Source: Takakia lepidozioides (taxonomy: Eukaryota > Plantae > Bryophyta). From it: a stretch of DNA of 64,000 bases. The position numbers and the translations under genes were made by a program. Shown piece by piece: positions 1 through 13,338 of this stretch. Below the pieces are notes generated by a model. That model was not told the DNA's origin and did not search any database. It was given only the letters and a program-made list of their open reading frames with translations. The DNA is taken from NCBI GenBank assembly GCA_030704615.1, contig CM060731.1, forward strand, positions 14,942,001 through 15,006,000, read 5' to 3'. Within the stretch, counting starts at the first letter, position 1. The number at the start of each line of letters is the position of its first letter.

Positions 1-133
1 TAGGTGACTTTACTTATGATATGCTCTTATTTGCTTGGTGCATATTTGAAGTTGATGAGCACTGTTTGAGCTGCCAAATAGTGGAGGATTGAACAGGGCA
101 TAGTCACAAGCATGAGTGAGGGCTATCTTTTGA

Positions 134-541
<408 letters not shown>

Positions 542-1777
542 CAATGATGAAAATATGTACCCTTGTTTCCATGCTAGTTTGGAGTTTGGTCCCTGAAAAA
601 GTGATCAAAGTTGTTGCGTTCCTCAAACATCTGTGAGTTGCTGCAAGTGGGGGGGGCTCTGGTGGGGTCTGGTTTCATGTCGTCCGGACATCCGCAGGGT
701 ATGGTGGATGCGAGTGGCGAGTGCTGTCTTGTCTCCCAGTGATCCTCAGCATGGACTGTTCCTCAAACAGGTTTTGAGAAACAGGGATGTGAATATTGGT
801 TGGTTTTAGTACTGGTAATGATAGGATGATGAGCATCGCCAACAGCAATCATTTACAGTCGTTTTATGCTTCCCAGAAGTACCCCAGTTTAATGCTCTTG
901 CTGTGGCGTGCTTCCAATTCTCTGCTGATTCAATGCGAGACTTAAGTCATACCATAAGCATAGTAGAGGCCACGGCTGGAGATGAGGTGAGGTTAGTTAT
1001 TATGAAGTTTTTCAGCTCTGGGCCGGTTAACACAAGCAGCCTCTTTATGGTGCTTGCCCCCCTTGACCAACCCCTTGAGTTGTTATACATTTTCTTCTTT
1101 TTGGTATGCTTCACATCTCTAATTGAGCTTATAGCAAACAGTAGAGAAAATACTCCAAAAAAAATAGAGCTCAAGGGGAGAACTCTTTGAGAGATTAGTT
1201 CTCTTTGGATTACTTTGTAGTCATGTAAAGAATGGTGTGCACTCTTATACATATTGTACAGTTCAATTAAATTAAACAACTCATGTAACACCTCTAATGA
1301 ATATTTCATATACTAAACATGATCTTCAAACAAGTGGGTAAGCTGCATTGCCAGTAGCATTTCTTGATGAGTTACTGCCCAGCCACGAGATCATGGTTGT
1401 TCTTACATTATTATTATTTGTGTTTATGTATTTCCAAATATACAATGTACTTGCAATAAAGATTTTCAGCTACTGTGGGGAACATGGACTCCTTTCAAGA
1501 GTAGTATGAGATAGTCCCACAGAGTGAGTGGTTGCAAATTAGAGCCCTGTTCAGGAAAAATACAACTTGAGAGCCTTCACCCTCATTATGTGGTGCCTTT
1601 GCAGATGTTTACCATCATTCTTCATGTGCCACTTTTTTATCTTAAACAGGTGAACGCCCTTGCTCCAGCTCTTTACCGAGCGTAAAAAATAATTTTAAAT
1701 TTTTTGTCACTCCTCTTCATCTTTTCGCGCTCCTCTGTGCAGTAAACAGTGTGGTAGAATTGTTGCTGAGTGGACTA

Positions 1778-1863
1778 GTGTTCCGGTAAGCAACTCTCCG
1801 GGCTGGCGTGGGTGTTCCGCTGTGTAATGCACCGCACCAGCCTGGAGAGTTGCTTACGGGCAC
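1778..1863. other. Long imperfect hairpin (possible miRNA-like precursor or tiny foldback element)
   Basis: GTGTTCCGGTAAGCAACTCTCCGGGCTGG pairs with CCAGCCTGGAGAGTTGCTTACGGGCAC. Stem about 35 bp with G-U wobbles and a short loop. Confidence 0.5.
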
Positions 1864-2137
1864 CCGGCCTGCTTTCGCGTTAGATTATGCCTTGTAAGGC
1901 CATGCAAAATACACTACAAAAATTTGAAGCGTTTCTTTACGTGTCATGCCCGCCTTCCCACGAGCCCCTGGCGGAAAGTTTTTAATTGAAACTTGGGCTA
2001 CATGGAAACACCTGGGAGCGACAGCTCACAAATCAGGCCCCTTAATGGTGAGAGGAGAAAATAATATCTTTCAGAGTAACCTCTCCGTGAAGGCTTACGT
2101 ATGGGACACCGCCCAGGGAAGAGGGAGAAGAACATAC

Positions 2138-2485
2138 CAGTGTTGGGCGGTTATTTGATTTTTTTCATAACCGGCGGTTCCGGTTGCTTCAAAAATTTCG
2201 AAACTATTAACCTGCGGTTGCGGTTACTAAATTTTTTATGGCTAGATATAACCTGCGGTTTGGTTTCTTGCAAAAACCTCAAATAAATTGTTTTCATCAA
2301 ATAACCGTGGGTATTGGGCGGTTCTTTAAGGTTCTTTGCTCAGTATTTGAATGCCTGACCTCCACCGGTTCCTAACCGGACCGATTACTTCATTTTTTCA
2401 CCTTCGCCGGTTATATATATATATATATAACCGAATAGGCAACCGCCGGGTAGTAGAGAGAAATTTAAATAACCGCCCAACATTG
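2138..2485. mobile_element. Non-autonomous hAT-like DNA transposon (MITE)
   Basis: TIRs CAGTGTTGGGCGGTTATTT / AAATAACCGCCCAACATTG. Perfect 8-bp TSD GAACATAC at 2130-2137 and 2486-2493. Internal AACCG/CGGTT subterminal repeats. Confidence 0.85.
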
Positions 2486-2534
2486 GAACATACACTCAAT
2501 GCACCATCCAACTGAACTACTGGCTGTTGGTACA

Positions 2535-3890
2535 TCAATATAGGTTGTTTTGTTTTGTTTTGTAGCGTCCTTGAAATCTCCCAAACCATGGGGCCAGCCT
2601 TGGTGCTTGGTGCCCTTGGAAAGCCCTCGATGAGGAGGGGTGCACCGGCTTGGTCTCGTAATTTTTGGACCCGCGGTGTGGGAGATAGGGCGCAAAGATA
2701 TATTTCAATATATGAAGCCTCGACATGGGAGATTCCAAAAATAGCAAAGTGGGCATTCCTGGACCGTTGGAGCCTCGACATGAGAGATATCAACAGGAAG
2801 GTCTCTGATTCAAATCAGGTCGTAGGCTCTGTGAAAAAAATGATTAGATGACATTGGACACTTGAGCCAACGGCACAGGCTACCCTAGTCAATATACGAA
2901 GCGGGACGTTTGTTTTGTTTTGTTTTGTTTTGTCACGTTGAGATGTCCCAAACCGCGAGGCCCTAGCCCTGGTTGCTTGGTACTTTTGGAAAACCCTCGA
3001 CCGGGTGCACGGGCTTGGTTTCATGATTTTTGGACCTGCGGTGTGGGAGATGTGGAATTTCAAGTATTTTGGGTCGCTGGAATCTCACGAAAAATAGCAA
3101 AGTGGGCATTCCTAGACAATGGTTGGAGCCTTGATAGGAGAGATATAAAGGGAAGGGTCTAGGCTCTGTGGAAAAAAAAAATGATTAGACTTGGATGACT
3201 TAGATGACATTGGACACTTAGATGGAGATCATACTTGGGCCTAGACATAGGAGACGCACTTGAATACATAGGAGATTGCACTTGGGCTTACATGACCCTG
3301 GGCACTTGAGCCAACGGCAGAGGCTACCCCAGTCAATATATGAAGCGAGACGATTGTTTTGTTTTGTTTGTCACATTGAGATGTGCCAAACCGCGAGGCC
3401 CCAGCCTTGGTTTGGTACCGTTGGAAAGCCCTTTGACGAGGAGGGGTGCACGGTCTTGGTCTCATGATTTTTGGATGTGCGGTGTGGGAGATGTGGAATT
3501 CCAAGTACTTTTGGTCGCTGGAAATTCCTGAAAAATAGCAAAATATGCATTCTTGGACAATGGTTGGAGCCTCAACATGAGAGATCTCAAGAGAAAGGTC
3601 TCCGGTTCAAATCTGGTCGTAAGCTCAATGGAAAAAAAAGATGGGATATGGCTAAAACAAATTTGAAGTACTTTTGGTCGCTGCACAATGATTGGAGCCT
3701 CAACAGGAGAGGTAGCAAAAGAAAGGTCTCCGGTTCAAATCTGGTCGTAGGCTCTGTGGTCGCCTTGGGCCTCGACATAGGAGGCGCACTGGGATACATA
3801 CGAAATTGCACTTGCTCTTAGATTTCAATTTTTCGCACTTGGGCCTCCACATAGGAGATACATAGAAGATCCTACACTTGGGCTTAGATG
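2535..3890 (+). repeat. Tandem array of about 3.5 diverged 350-450 bp units, interrupted by the Copia element and resuming at about 6845-6875
   Basis: Recurring blocks TTTGTTTTG..CCAAACC, GGAAAGCCCT, GCGGTGTGGGAGAT, AAAAATAGCAAA, TTGGAGCCT and AAGGTCTCCGGTTCAAATCTGGTCGTAGG. The motif GACATTGGACACTT..GCCAACGGCAC recurs on the far side of the Copia. Confidence 0.8.
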
Positions 3891-3893
3891 ACA

Positions 3894-6844
3894 TGTTAGA
3901 ATTGAACAAGAACATGAACAAGAACTAAAGTCTTAGACTAAAGCTAAAACTAAAGCTCTCATCCCAACCATAGAAGCCACCATCATACTTTTACACTTAG
4001 ACTAGTGGCTTCACCCCCGAGCTTGTACAAGAAGGTCTCTAGAAAGTCCTACTTGGTCACTTCCACTTCCACTATGGTGACCATCCACCTTCTAGCCATT
4101 CACCTTCCAAAGATGAGTTAAACAAGATAGTCTCTTAGACTTCTAAACCTTTGGCGTTCAAGACTCTTTAGTCTTCTAGATATGTTTAATTACTTCCAAC
4201 ACTCCCACTCAATTAAACCATATCATTGAGCTACTTCGTTTGTCTTTGAAGAAGAGACACCAAGTAAGGCTGAACACTTCATGTGTTTTGTTTGTGGTAG
4301 ACTCTTCGTCAAAACATCTGCAACCATATCTCCTGTAGCACAATAGATCATGTTGATCTCTCCCTTGCATACAACTTCTCGTATGTAGTGATGTTGCACT
4401 TCAATGTGCTTCGTCCTTAAATGATACTTCGGATTCTGACTTAGTGCAATTCCACTTTGATTGTCACAATAGAGAGTCGTAGGTAGTGATTGGAGATGAT
4501 CCAAATTTCCAAGCAACTTCCGTAACCAAATAACCTCATTTGCTGCTTGTGTAATGGACATGTACTCAACTTCTGTTGATGACAACGCTGTTGCAACTTG
4601 TCGTTTGCTAGACCAAGATACAGCTCCACCTACTAGGAGAAAACAATGGCCTGAAGTTGATTTTCTACTATCAACGTCTCCTGCCCAGTCAGCATCAGCA
4701 AACCTCAACAAACTTGGATCTTCCACTCTCTTGTAGAGTAGACCAGAGGTTGATGTTCCTCTTAGATATCGAAATATCATCTTCACTGCTTTCCAATGGG
4801 TTTGTCCGGGATTTGAAAGAAATTGTGAGACCACTCCCACTGAATGTGCAATGTCTGGCCTAGTACAAACCATGCAATACATCAAACTGCCGACTGCGCT
4901 TTGATAAGGAGTTTTCCTCATATCTTATTGCTCTTCTTGAGTCTTAGGTGCCATATCATTCGTAAGTTTCAAACCAACTTTGAGAGGAGTTGATGTTGGC
5001 TTACCATCTCCAACTTAAACCTTTGTAGAATTGTCTCAATGTATTGTCGTTGATGCATGAATATTGTATGGTTCACTCGATCTCTGCTGATTTGAATACC
5101 AAGACAGAACCGAATCTCACCCATGTCAGTCATGGCAAACTCTCGATGTTGCTTCCCTTCCAAGCAACCTTTGCATAGACGCATATCGCTCATCTCTTTC
5201 AATGGTAGTCCTTCCACAAGATGGCTTGAGAGTTGCATCTGTCTCAACTTTTTAATGCTCAAATGACCTAACCTTCTATGCCACAACTCTGTTTCTGACA
5301 TGACAGGTGTAGATCTCAACTGTGGTGAAAATATGGTAAGAGCACTAGAGACATGATGTTGTAATCTATACAAACAATTATCAAGAATAGCTCTTGCTAC
5401 CACAGCTCCTGAGCTATCTGTGATAGTACAACTCTCATCTTGGAATACCACTTTGTATCCCTTTGCAACAATTTGCCTTACAGACAGCAGGTTCTTTGTT
5501 AAAATAGGGACATGTATGACATTTTCCACCTCTATGGTTTCCCCTTCATTGAGCATAAGAGAGACTGAGCCTTCCCCACCAATGACATGCTTGCTATCAT
5601 CTCCCAAAAGAACATATTGTGTAGGTGAAAGAGATCTATAGGATAAGAAATGTCTCTCTCTGTGAACTCATATGTGCTCCTGAATCAACATACCACACAT
5701 GCTTCTGTCTAGTAGTGGCTGAGAGAGACACAACAAATAGAATAGCATTCCTCTGATGAGTAGCTATGTTCCCTTGACTCTCTCTGCTGCGCTCATCTGC
5801 AATGCGCTTTCTACAATCCTTGATCATGTGACCAAGTTTATTGCAATAAAAGCACCTCACTTTGGCATTTTTGATCTTTGAGTTAGATTGAGGTTTCTGA
5901 AACCTCTGGGACTTCTGAGACATATGTGAAGAGAGTCTTCTATTCAAGACTACTCCAGTCATGTCTGTGAACAAAGCTCTGTCTACCTCTGTAGACGTAC
6001 CTTGACCTTTTCTTCTTGTTTCCTCCTTGAGGAGAAGTCCTATGACAACATCAATAGTTAAGTTGGTTTGTCCTGCTAGAGACACCACAAAACCATCATA
6101 GGATTCAGGTAAGGTTGCCAATAACACCACTGCGGCGTGTTCATCAGTCACATTAGTTCCCACAGAGACTAGTTGATCTCGCAACACACGAAACAAATTC
6201 AAGTGTTGTTCAACTGAGTCTGACTCGGTCATCTTCAGACCATAGAACTTTTGCGTCGCATACACTTGCGATGTGACATCCTTCGTCTCATATATGTTTG
6301 CTAGCTTGTCCCAAACATCCTTAGCATTCTTTGCACTTATAATGAAATGCAACTGATTGTCTCTCAAGCTTGTGATGCTAGCTCTTGCTTTCTGATCTTT
6401 CCTATCCCATATGGCTTGGCCAACAATAGTGTCAGGTCTTGGGACTGATCCATCAACCACTCCCCATAGATCTTTGTCTAGAACGACCATCTCCATCCTA
6501 AACTTCAAAGTTTGATAGTTAGCTCCATTGAATCGATCTTCCACTCTCACATCTAATGCACTCGTCATAGACATAGAATGAGGATTGCTAGAAGACGACG
6601 CTCCAGCCATAATCAAGTTCTCAATCTCAACTACCAACTCTCACCTAGAGAAGAATGGCTCTGATACCATGTTAGAATTGAGCAAGAACATGAACAAGAA
6701 CTAAAGTCTTAGACTAAAGCTAAAACTAAAGCTCTCCTCCCAACCATAGAAGCCACCATCATACTCTTACACTTAGACTAGTGGCTTCACCCCCGAGCTT
6801 GTACAAGAAGGTCTCTAGAAAGTCCTACTTGGTCACTTCCAACA
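3894..6844 (-). mobile_element. Ty1/Copia LTR retrotransposon, internally deleted and non-autonomous
   Basis: TG..CA LTRs at 3894-4201 and 6670-6844. 5-bp TSD TGACA (3889-3893, 6845-6849). tRNA-iMet PBS TGGTATCAGAGCCA on - (6656-6669). PPT TTGAGTGGGAG next to the 3' LTR. Confidence 0.95.
4223..6637 (-). pseudogene. Copia gag-pol remnant: Gag with CCHC knuckle, protease, GAG-pre-integrase, partial RT, RNase H
   Basis: CFYCNKLGHMIKDC, WYVDSGA, LWHRRLGH..CKGC, then directly MTDMGEIRFCLGIQI; YQSAVGSLMY..TRPDI; ADADWAGD..RKSTSG; TKHIEVQHHYIRE. Frameshifts near 5640 and 4975. Confidence 0.93.
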
Positions 6845-7174
6845 TGACATTGGACACTTCGGCCAACGGCACATGAACACTGACCCGAGGGCTTACAATC
6901 AAAGCATGGTATCAGCAGAAAGTCCACTGTACCCAAAGATCTAACATAGCCGAGTAGTTTCCAGAGATCTCCCAGTACCTGAAACCCGATGCACCTAGTC
7001 CAAATCTTGTAGGATCACAAGAAACTCTTGAAGCTATAGGTTATTTCAAATGATTCAGGCTCTTGGATCACTGAGTAGATCATCAAGCGCCATATTGATG
7101 CTTCAATGGTTTGAATGTTGCTATTTAAATCCAAACATGTTCCTCTCAACATATGCAAGCGAAATTATTTCCAC

Positions 7175-9618
7175 TCACGAGTTGGAGAGACATTCAGGGG
7201 GTGGTGTGGGGTACCTATACACATCTGTACAATAGTTGTAAATCATGAAATTTTCCTCAACTTGCTTCAACTTGTCAACTTGGCCAATGCTCAGAGACTG
7301 GAATCCAGGCTGGCCCCACCACTGACTCCCAGAAGATGATGCACACATTTCCATGGAACCTCCTTCAGGACAGCCATCAAGCATGAACTTAGTGTAGGAT
7401 GCAATAAAAGGTGCATCGTTCCAGTCGATCTTTACATTTCCATGCTGTGTTGCCCAATCCTCTCCATTCCAAATGGTCGAGTAGATTCCCATGCTTTGGT
7501 ACATGGGGTAGGGAACCCCCAAAACTTGGTTATTTTTGAAGACTCGAATTGGTACATCATCAACAAAGAAGCTACATGCACAAGCATTCATGATGGTAAG
7601 AAACATTGCAAACATAGGTGTTAAAGTACACTGATTTAGATCATTTGCAGTCTTACAGGATTGAAGTGTCTAGAGAGGATCAGGTTGATGCATTCTGGCG
7701 CAGACGAACTGGATGTTTAACTGTTGTTGTAATACTTGTGGACCAAGTGGTGCTTAACCTGGGCTAGTGCTTGGGTTATGATTCCAAGTCATGCTCCTTA
7801 ATAAACCAATTTAAGATACATTCTCATTGCAGATGATGACCTGATAGTATTTCCTAAATTTGTGGGCATTTGATTACTGAAGGTTCCTGCTTTATGAAGT
7901 ACTTAGCAGCATGTCTACTTTTACAGTCTGAAAATTCGAATAATATTTGAAGGAGTATCTTCACTGAATGTTTTCATGGCTGGCAAGAACAGGATTGTAT
8001 CATATTGCTGCTTCCATGAATGAAATGAGTCCAGCATGCCTTGTACTGCATGCACAATCCAACATTTGTACTTTATGCTCTGAGCAAAAGGCATAGTAGA
8101 CTCACACAATTTGCTGTTGGTTCCACAGGAAAGAATATGTGTGAAAATATTCTGTAGGGTCAAACCACAGATAGATTCGCTGCTCCCGGCCCCCTTGTCC
8201 ACTGACAAAGACATTTGTTTGCAGAATGTAAGGCTGTCCTGAGGTGTTACCAAGGAACTCAAAGTCCAGCTCATCGTGGTTTGCAGTCTGAGAGTGCATC
8301 TGGAATTGACAACATTACAAGACTTGAGGAAATTAGAAGCTTTGAAATCCCATGTCTTGTGCTTCAACTTTACAACTTTCCAAGGAGCTTGACATAAGAT
8401 TTATCTAAAAATCCTTTGCAGATGGAGACGAATTTACGACACATTGAAACCACTTTTTGAGTCCCAGTCAAATAATGACAGCTACGGTCGGGAAAACCTT
8501 CAAGTTCAGATTTCTGTAATCCCTAGAAAATCCATACATGACTAAACTCTGCGCAGAGGTGCAGCCTGGACATCAGGGCAGTTGCAAGAATTTAGATGCA
8601 GTTTAAAGCCTGTTGCAGAGCACGATGTTAAACGCAGGTCAGCATCCAGGGCATTGGGAATCCAGGAACAATTGAGGTGGTTTGGCATCCTTGTACTGTG
8701 CCAATTTCCTCCCCAATTCCAAGGAAGCTCCTTATTGTCATCTGGAAATTTTCACCGAGTATGTGAAAGCCCTTCTCTAGTTTGAAAAGGGCATCAATTT
8801 TTCAAAATTTGAACATACACATTGACTGAGATCTCTCACGGAAAATTAGTAGAACTTTCTGGTCAATGGCAGTGAATGGAGTATAGCTAGACATTGAAAT
8901 CAGAACTCAGAAGGACTAGGGATGATCTTACATAGTAAGCAGTGACTGTGCCTGCAGAATTTCCAGGGACCAACTTTAGTTGAGTGCTAACGTATCCAAA
9001 TAGGTACTTGTTCAATGACCTGTATCCACATCCTGCAGCCCACAGAGGCACTTCACGTTGATTGAGTGCAAATTGGAACCATCAACTGATTTTATACACC
9101 TTGAGGCTTGGAGACTCCACCACATCCCACTGAGAAGGGAGAATGCAATGGAGATGTTCTGCATAAGGAGCCTCATGAATGCAAGTCTGTCTCTCTTTCA
9201 GAAAATGATAGTCTCTCATTCAAGTATCAAGACTGTTGATAGTCATGCATGTGAGAGGCAGATTGTAGTGACAGTTCAGGAAGTAGCACTTAGAGACAAA
9301 CAACAGAATCACATCAAGGACAGGTGTACTAAATTCATGCCGAGGATGAATAAGGCGGACAAAATTGAAGCTTCATATTGCATGGAACTCACCAGACTTC
9401 TGATCGAGGACAAGCTGCACGGTATTGCCATTATCCAGGGTGATGAAGTGGTCTGCAGACCATGCGACCGTGTAAATATTTGCAAAAGGTTCAGCCTGGA
9501 CTCCAGCAGTTCCATGGTCGGAGAATAAAAAGAAAAGCAACAGCGTTGTCAACCACCCACTCTGGCGCTGTTGAGATTTTCTGTGGCCTCCCTGGGAAGT
9601 TTCATGTAGCTCCCCCAT
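7175..9618 (-). CDS. XTH: Xyloglucan endotransglucosylase/hydrolase (GH16). Exons 9393-9618, 8932-9032, 8106-8299, 7175-7571
   Basis: Catalytic motif [11 protein letters not shown], plus [40 protein letters not shown] and C-terminal [17 protein letters not shown]. All introns are GT-AG and in phase. Internal exons of 101 and 194 bp match the usual XTH structure. Start ATG (9618) is the least certain point. Confidence 0.95.
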
Positions 9619-12600
9619 CGACAAGTACCCCCAAATGCTATGCCAGATGCTCAAATTCAAAAGAGGTTTCCAAGTATGGCTTCAACTTTGTCTCTCTCCA
9701 ACCTCCATCACTTACCCACCGTTAGTATGCACTGAAGAAGGAAACCTTATAACATATATATATGGGTTCATCTCCAGAATGCCTGGAACAGGTTCTGAGG
9801 TTATTGTTATACGCAATTGACTAACCCACGATTGAAAGGATAACATCCTAAAGCAAGAAGTCTGTGCATAGCACAGAGACTGAAAGAGAAAAAATGTGTG
9901 TACTTCAGATTTTGAGTCGAACTTGGGCCACCCTTATACATCTTCATTTCCAGAAAAAACTCCTCGGGGAGGAAGCTTGGAATTAGAAGAGAGGCACGAA
10001 TTAGAGCCTGACAAGGACCGACCTTTGTCGGTCTTAACTTCTTATGCTGGATGTCCAGTTCAATTATCAACCACTATTCCCTCGCAGTCGTCGATCTAGC
10101 AGCTTTGTTGAGGTGGGTGGCATTTAACGGCACTGCTCACTGGATGCCTGCCTGCTGCTTCTGACGGATTCAAATAATGTCCGCATTCGAAGCTGTTGAA
10201 GAAACTCGTACATGTTTGGACCGCACTCCAAATCCTTCACTGCCACACACGCTCTTCTCCCCCAGGATTCTCTCTGTCTTCCTTGTCATTCCAAGAGAGT
10301 AGAGAGGTTCAGAGGTCAAATCTCCTTTCAAGCTCATGAAAGCTCTTAAGACTGCATATTTATGGTCCGATAGGTACTAACGTCCTCTCACCGCTAGAAC
10401 CTTGGGTATTTTAGTGGACAAAAGCGATCACAGTCATCACAGCACATTTGATAAGAGAGGTTGATGACTGTCAGCTCAGACATCTCCAGAGGCAAGCTAT
10501 GATTGAGAGAAGGGGAGACTGAGAAGATTGCATGGCCAGAGTGGGCAGATTATGAGCCAAGCTTCTTCACATGTCAGAGTCCTCAATCTTGTTTCCAACA
10601 CATTGGTGGTACCCTGTCCTTAACACTTGCACTTCCTTCAGTTTTATCACATCGAGTTCCATTATATTCAGTTCCGTATAGTCCCATACAATCTCACCCA
10701 GTAGTTTCTCCTTAGTGGAAACTAGAAGCCCATTCTTGAACTCGCATGAACAAGAAACTTTATAATCGGATAGACCTTAAGCTGTTTGCAAATATGCATG
10801 GCAAGTATTGGAGTGACTGGCTTCCAGCTTTTACACCCTGGACCAGCTCAATGCTTTGTTGAAGGGTCCCACAAAATTGAAGCCTCATGAAGAAGGTGGT
10901 GAACCTCCCTGTCTGCACCAGTACGGTCCTTCAGCCCAATGTAGCATGTAGCATCCTCTCAGTGCCCACTCGCTCACTCAACGCCTGACAATGTACGATG
11001 TAAGATGTCATGAGTGATAGATTGTCTTATGACAACTCTCTCGATGAATCCACCTGGATTCAATCAAGTGTTGAGCTTACAGTAGTCTCAATCGAGTATT
11101 AAATTGCCAACGGATTGCTTTGGCATGAAGAGATATGGGACTGGCCAGACTCGTAAACACGGCTACGGTGGTAGCTACACAAGACATGTTACAGTACAAA
11201 TCCTGACTGACTTCACAACTACTCATTTGGCCGTGACGTCGTCAATTGAAGATCCACTTTCGCGTAACCATTTCTCTGCAGAAAGCATTTTCTGTGTTGA
11301 GTGCGTGGGAAGAGCGGCTGGTAGAATGTAAGAAGTACGTATTCCGTGCTTCTATCTATTAACTGCGTTTCATTATACATCCCCGAATCAAAGGCCTCCC
11401 ACTACCCGGCAGCCCAGGCCCCAAATCATGGGTATCATGTGCTTCGCAGATCAGCTCAGTGCCATTTACTTATGTTAGAAGTCTGACAAGTGCCGACTGG
11501 AGGAAGGGAGAAGGGTATCCACCAAGCATCCCCAAATCAAAGGCTTCAAGTCATGTAATCACGTGCTTCTTAGATGAGATTACAGGCTTCTCAGACTGTG
11601 GTTTTGTCTGGAAATTTTAAGCAGATAGTCTGCAGCAAGCGTTGAAGGCTTCCCACCCATCATATGCTTATGCGCTGCTCGGGTAAGGTTGCTGTTTTCG
11701 AGTCTGACAAATCTGCGCAACGTTTAAGACCAAGGTGAGGAAAGCGTGTGAGATAAACATATGAGTGGGCTAGAAATGTTTGTCATTGGTGCTGTGTTTC
11801 AGGTACATCGCAAGCAGGGTGCCCTGGCGACGCGTTTTGCTGACGCAAACGCAGTGCGGTTTCAATCAGACGATCATCTTGGCTCAGATGACTCGTGTCA
11901 AGTTGCTCGGCTTTGATCAATAATCTTCTTTCGTCTGGAGATTGAAGAAAGCTACACAGGGTTTGATGATTTCAATCTTCAGTTGATTTTCGAAGAAGAT
12001 ATGGTTACACTAGGCAAAATCAGAAGGTCGACCCCAAGTGCATCACAGCATGGTTGTTTTCTCTTTCTTTCTTTCTTCTCTTTGTTTCGGAGCTTTCGGT
12101 TGGCTAGGCCCGGAGTTTCACGCTCCACGCTCCACAATGTTCCGAAACTGCGCTGTTTTTGCGATGGTCGTGATTTGGGTGAGGGGAGGACAGATGGAGG
12201 CATGATTCATCAGCAGCAATGGAACAACGGAAAGTGCAGTGGAACACGATGGAGGCTCAGTTTGGGAATGCCGATGCTCCTCGTATGGTACTCCTTGTCC
12301 CTCATGCCCAGTGTTTGCGTTGCAGTCTATGAGGAACTTTGCTGATCCGCAATTACTCTGATTGTTTTTTGTTCTCACTTCTCTTATGTGCTGGAATCTT
12401 ATTGTGAGCTATGTCTACTAAGCTGTATCAGACCTTCAAGTGCTTCACAAGCCTTTCACAAGGGAGCTCTATCACCGTGGGCGTTCAGAATCTTTCTTTG
12501 TCCTTCACTCACACCCAAAGACAACTCCAGTAACTTGAATCACATCTGTTTCATGCTAGAAAGCAGTCTAGTATCAACCTCACCCCATACTTCTACCGCG

Positions 12601-12702
12601 AACTGGATTGCGCTCGAGTTGTTGCATTGTTATGCGTTTTGTCTCATAGGCCGTTTAGATTGTTGGTGGACATTCTAAACTTTGGCAATTTCTTTTCTTT
12701 CA

Positions 12703-13338
12703 GATTGGGAGTCTCTACAGTCATCAAGTGGAACTGATGGTGGACTGCATCCACTAGACGCATATGGCTGCATGCAGAGAGAACCTCGTCCGGCTTCACC
12801 CCAGGCTGCTCCTGAAGAGTTGGAGGGCCTCCTTACCACACCCCTGCTGCGCATGACCTGCAATCATCACATTCCAGGAGACCACATCTCGTTCCAGAAT
12901 TCAAACACCTGCCCTGCATCCTCACACACTTGGAGTACATGTCCAATCCCCCACTTTGAATATGTGGGCATGGACCCCTTTGCCGTCTTCCAGGGCTGCT
13001 GGGCTAGCGCTTGCTGTGATAATGCTCATGGAAGTGACATTGTCAGCATTCACACCTTCCCGGTGCATGAGCCAAAGTACCTCCTGTGGATTGACCCTGC
13101 TGACCTAACCCTATTCGGGAATTTTAGAGAACAATACACCACACTCCCGCACTTGCCATGCATGACAAGTGCATTCCCCACCTCAACATACGACTCACAT
13201 CGAGATTCACCTTCTATACCTTATGGAGCATATCATCACTTGCACAGTATGGTTTCTAGAAACTCAGCACCACTGCCTTTCGAGTGTGACAACACCGGAA
13301 TCATCATAAGAGAGCATCTACCAGGATTGATTGATTGA
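12703..13338 (+). other. Unassigned open frame of about 210 codons after a possible TTTCAG acceptor
   Basis: Long ORF in unique-looking sequence with no recognisable domain. Downstream frames contain stops. Confidence 0.2.

Noticed and set aside
903-1309. ORFs of 95 and 120 aa downstream of hexokinase
   Set aside because: No recognisable domain or splice support; probably 3' UTR or intergenic.
6905-6918. Second TGGTATCAG PBS-like motif
   Set aside because: Only a 9-bp match, not adjacent to an LTR end in the correct orientation.
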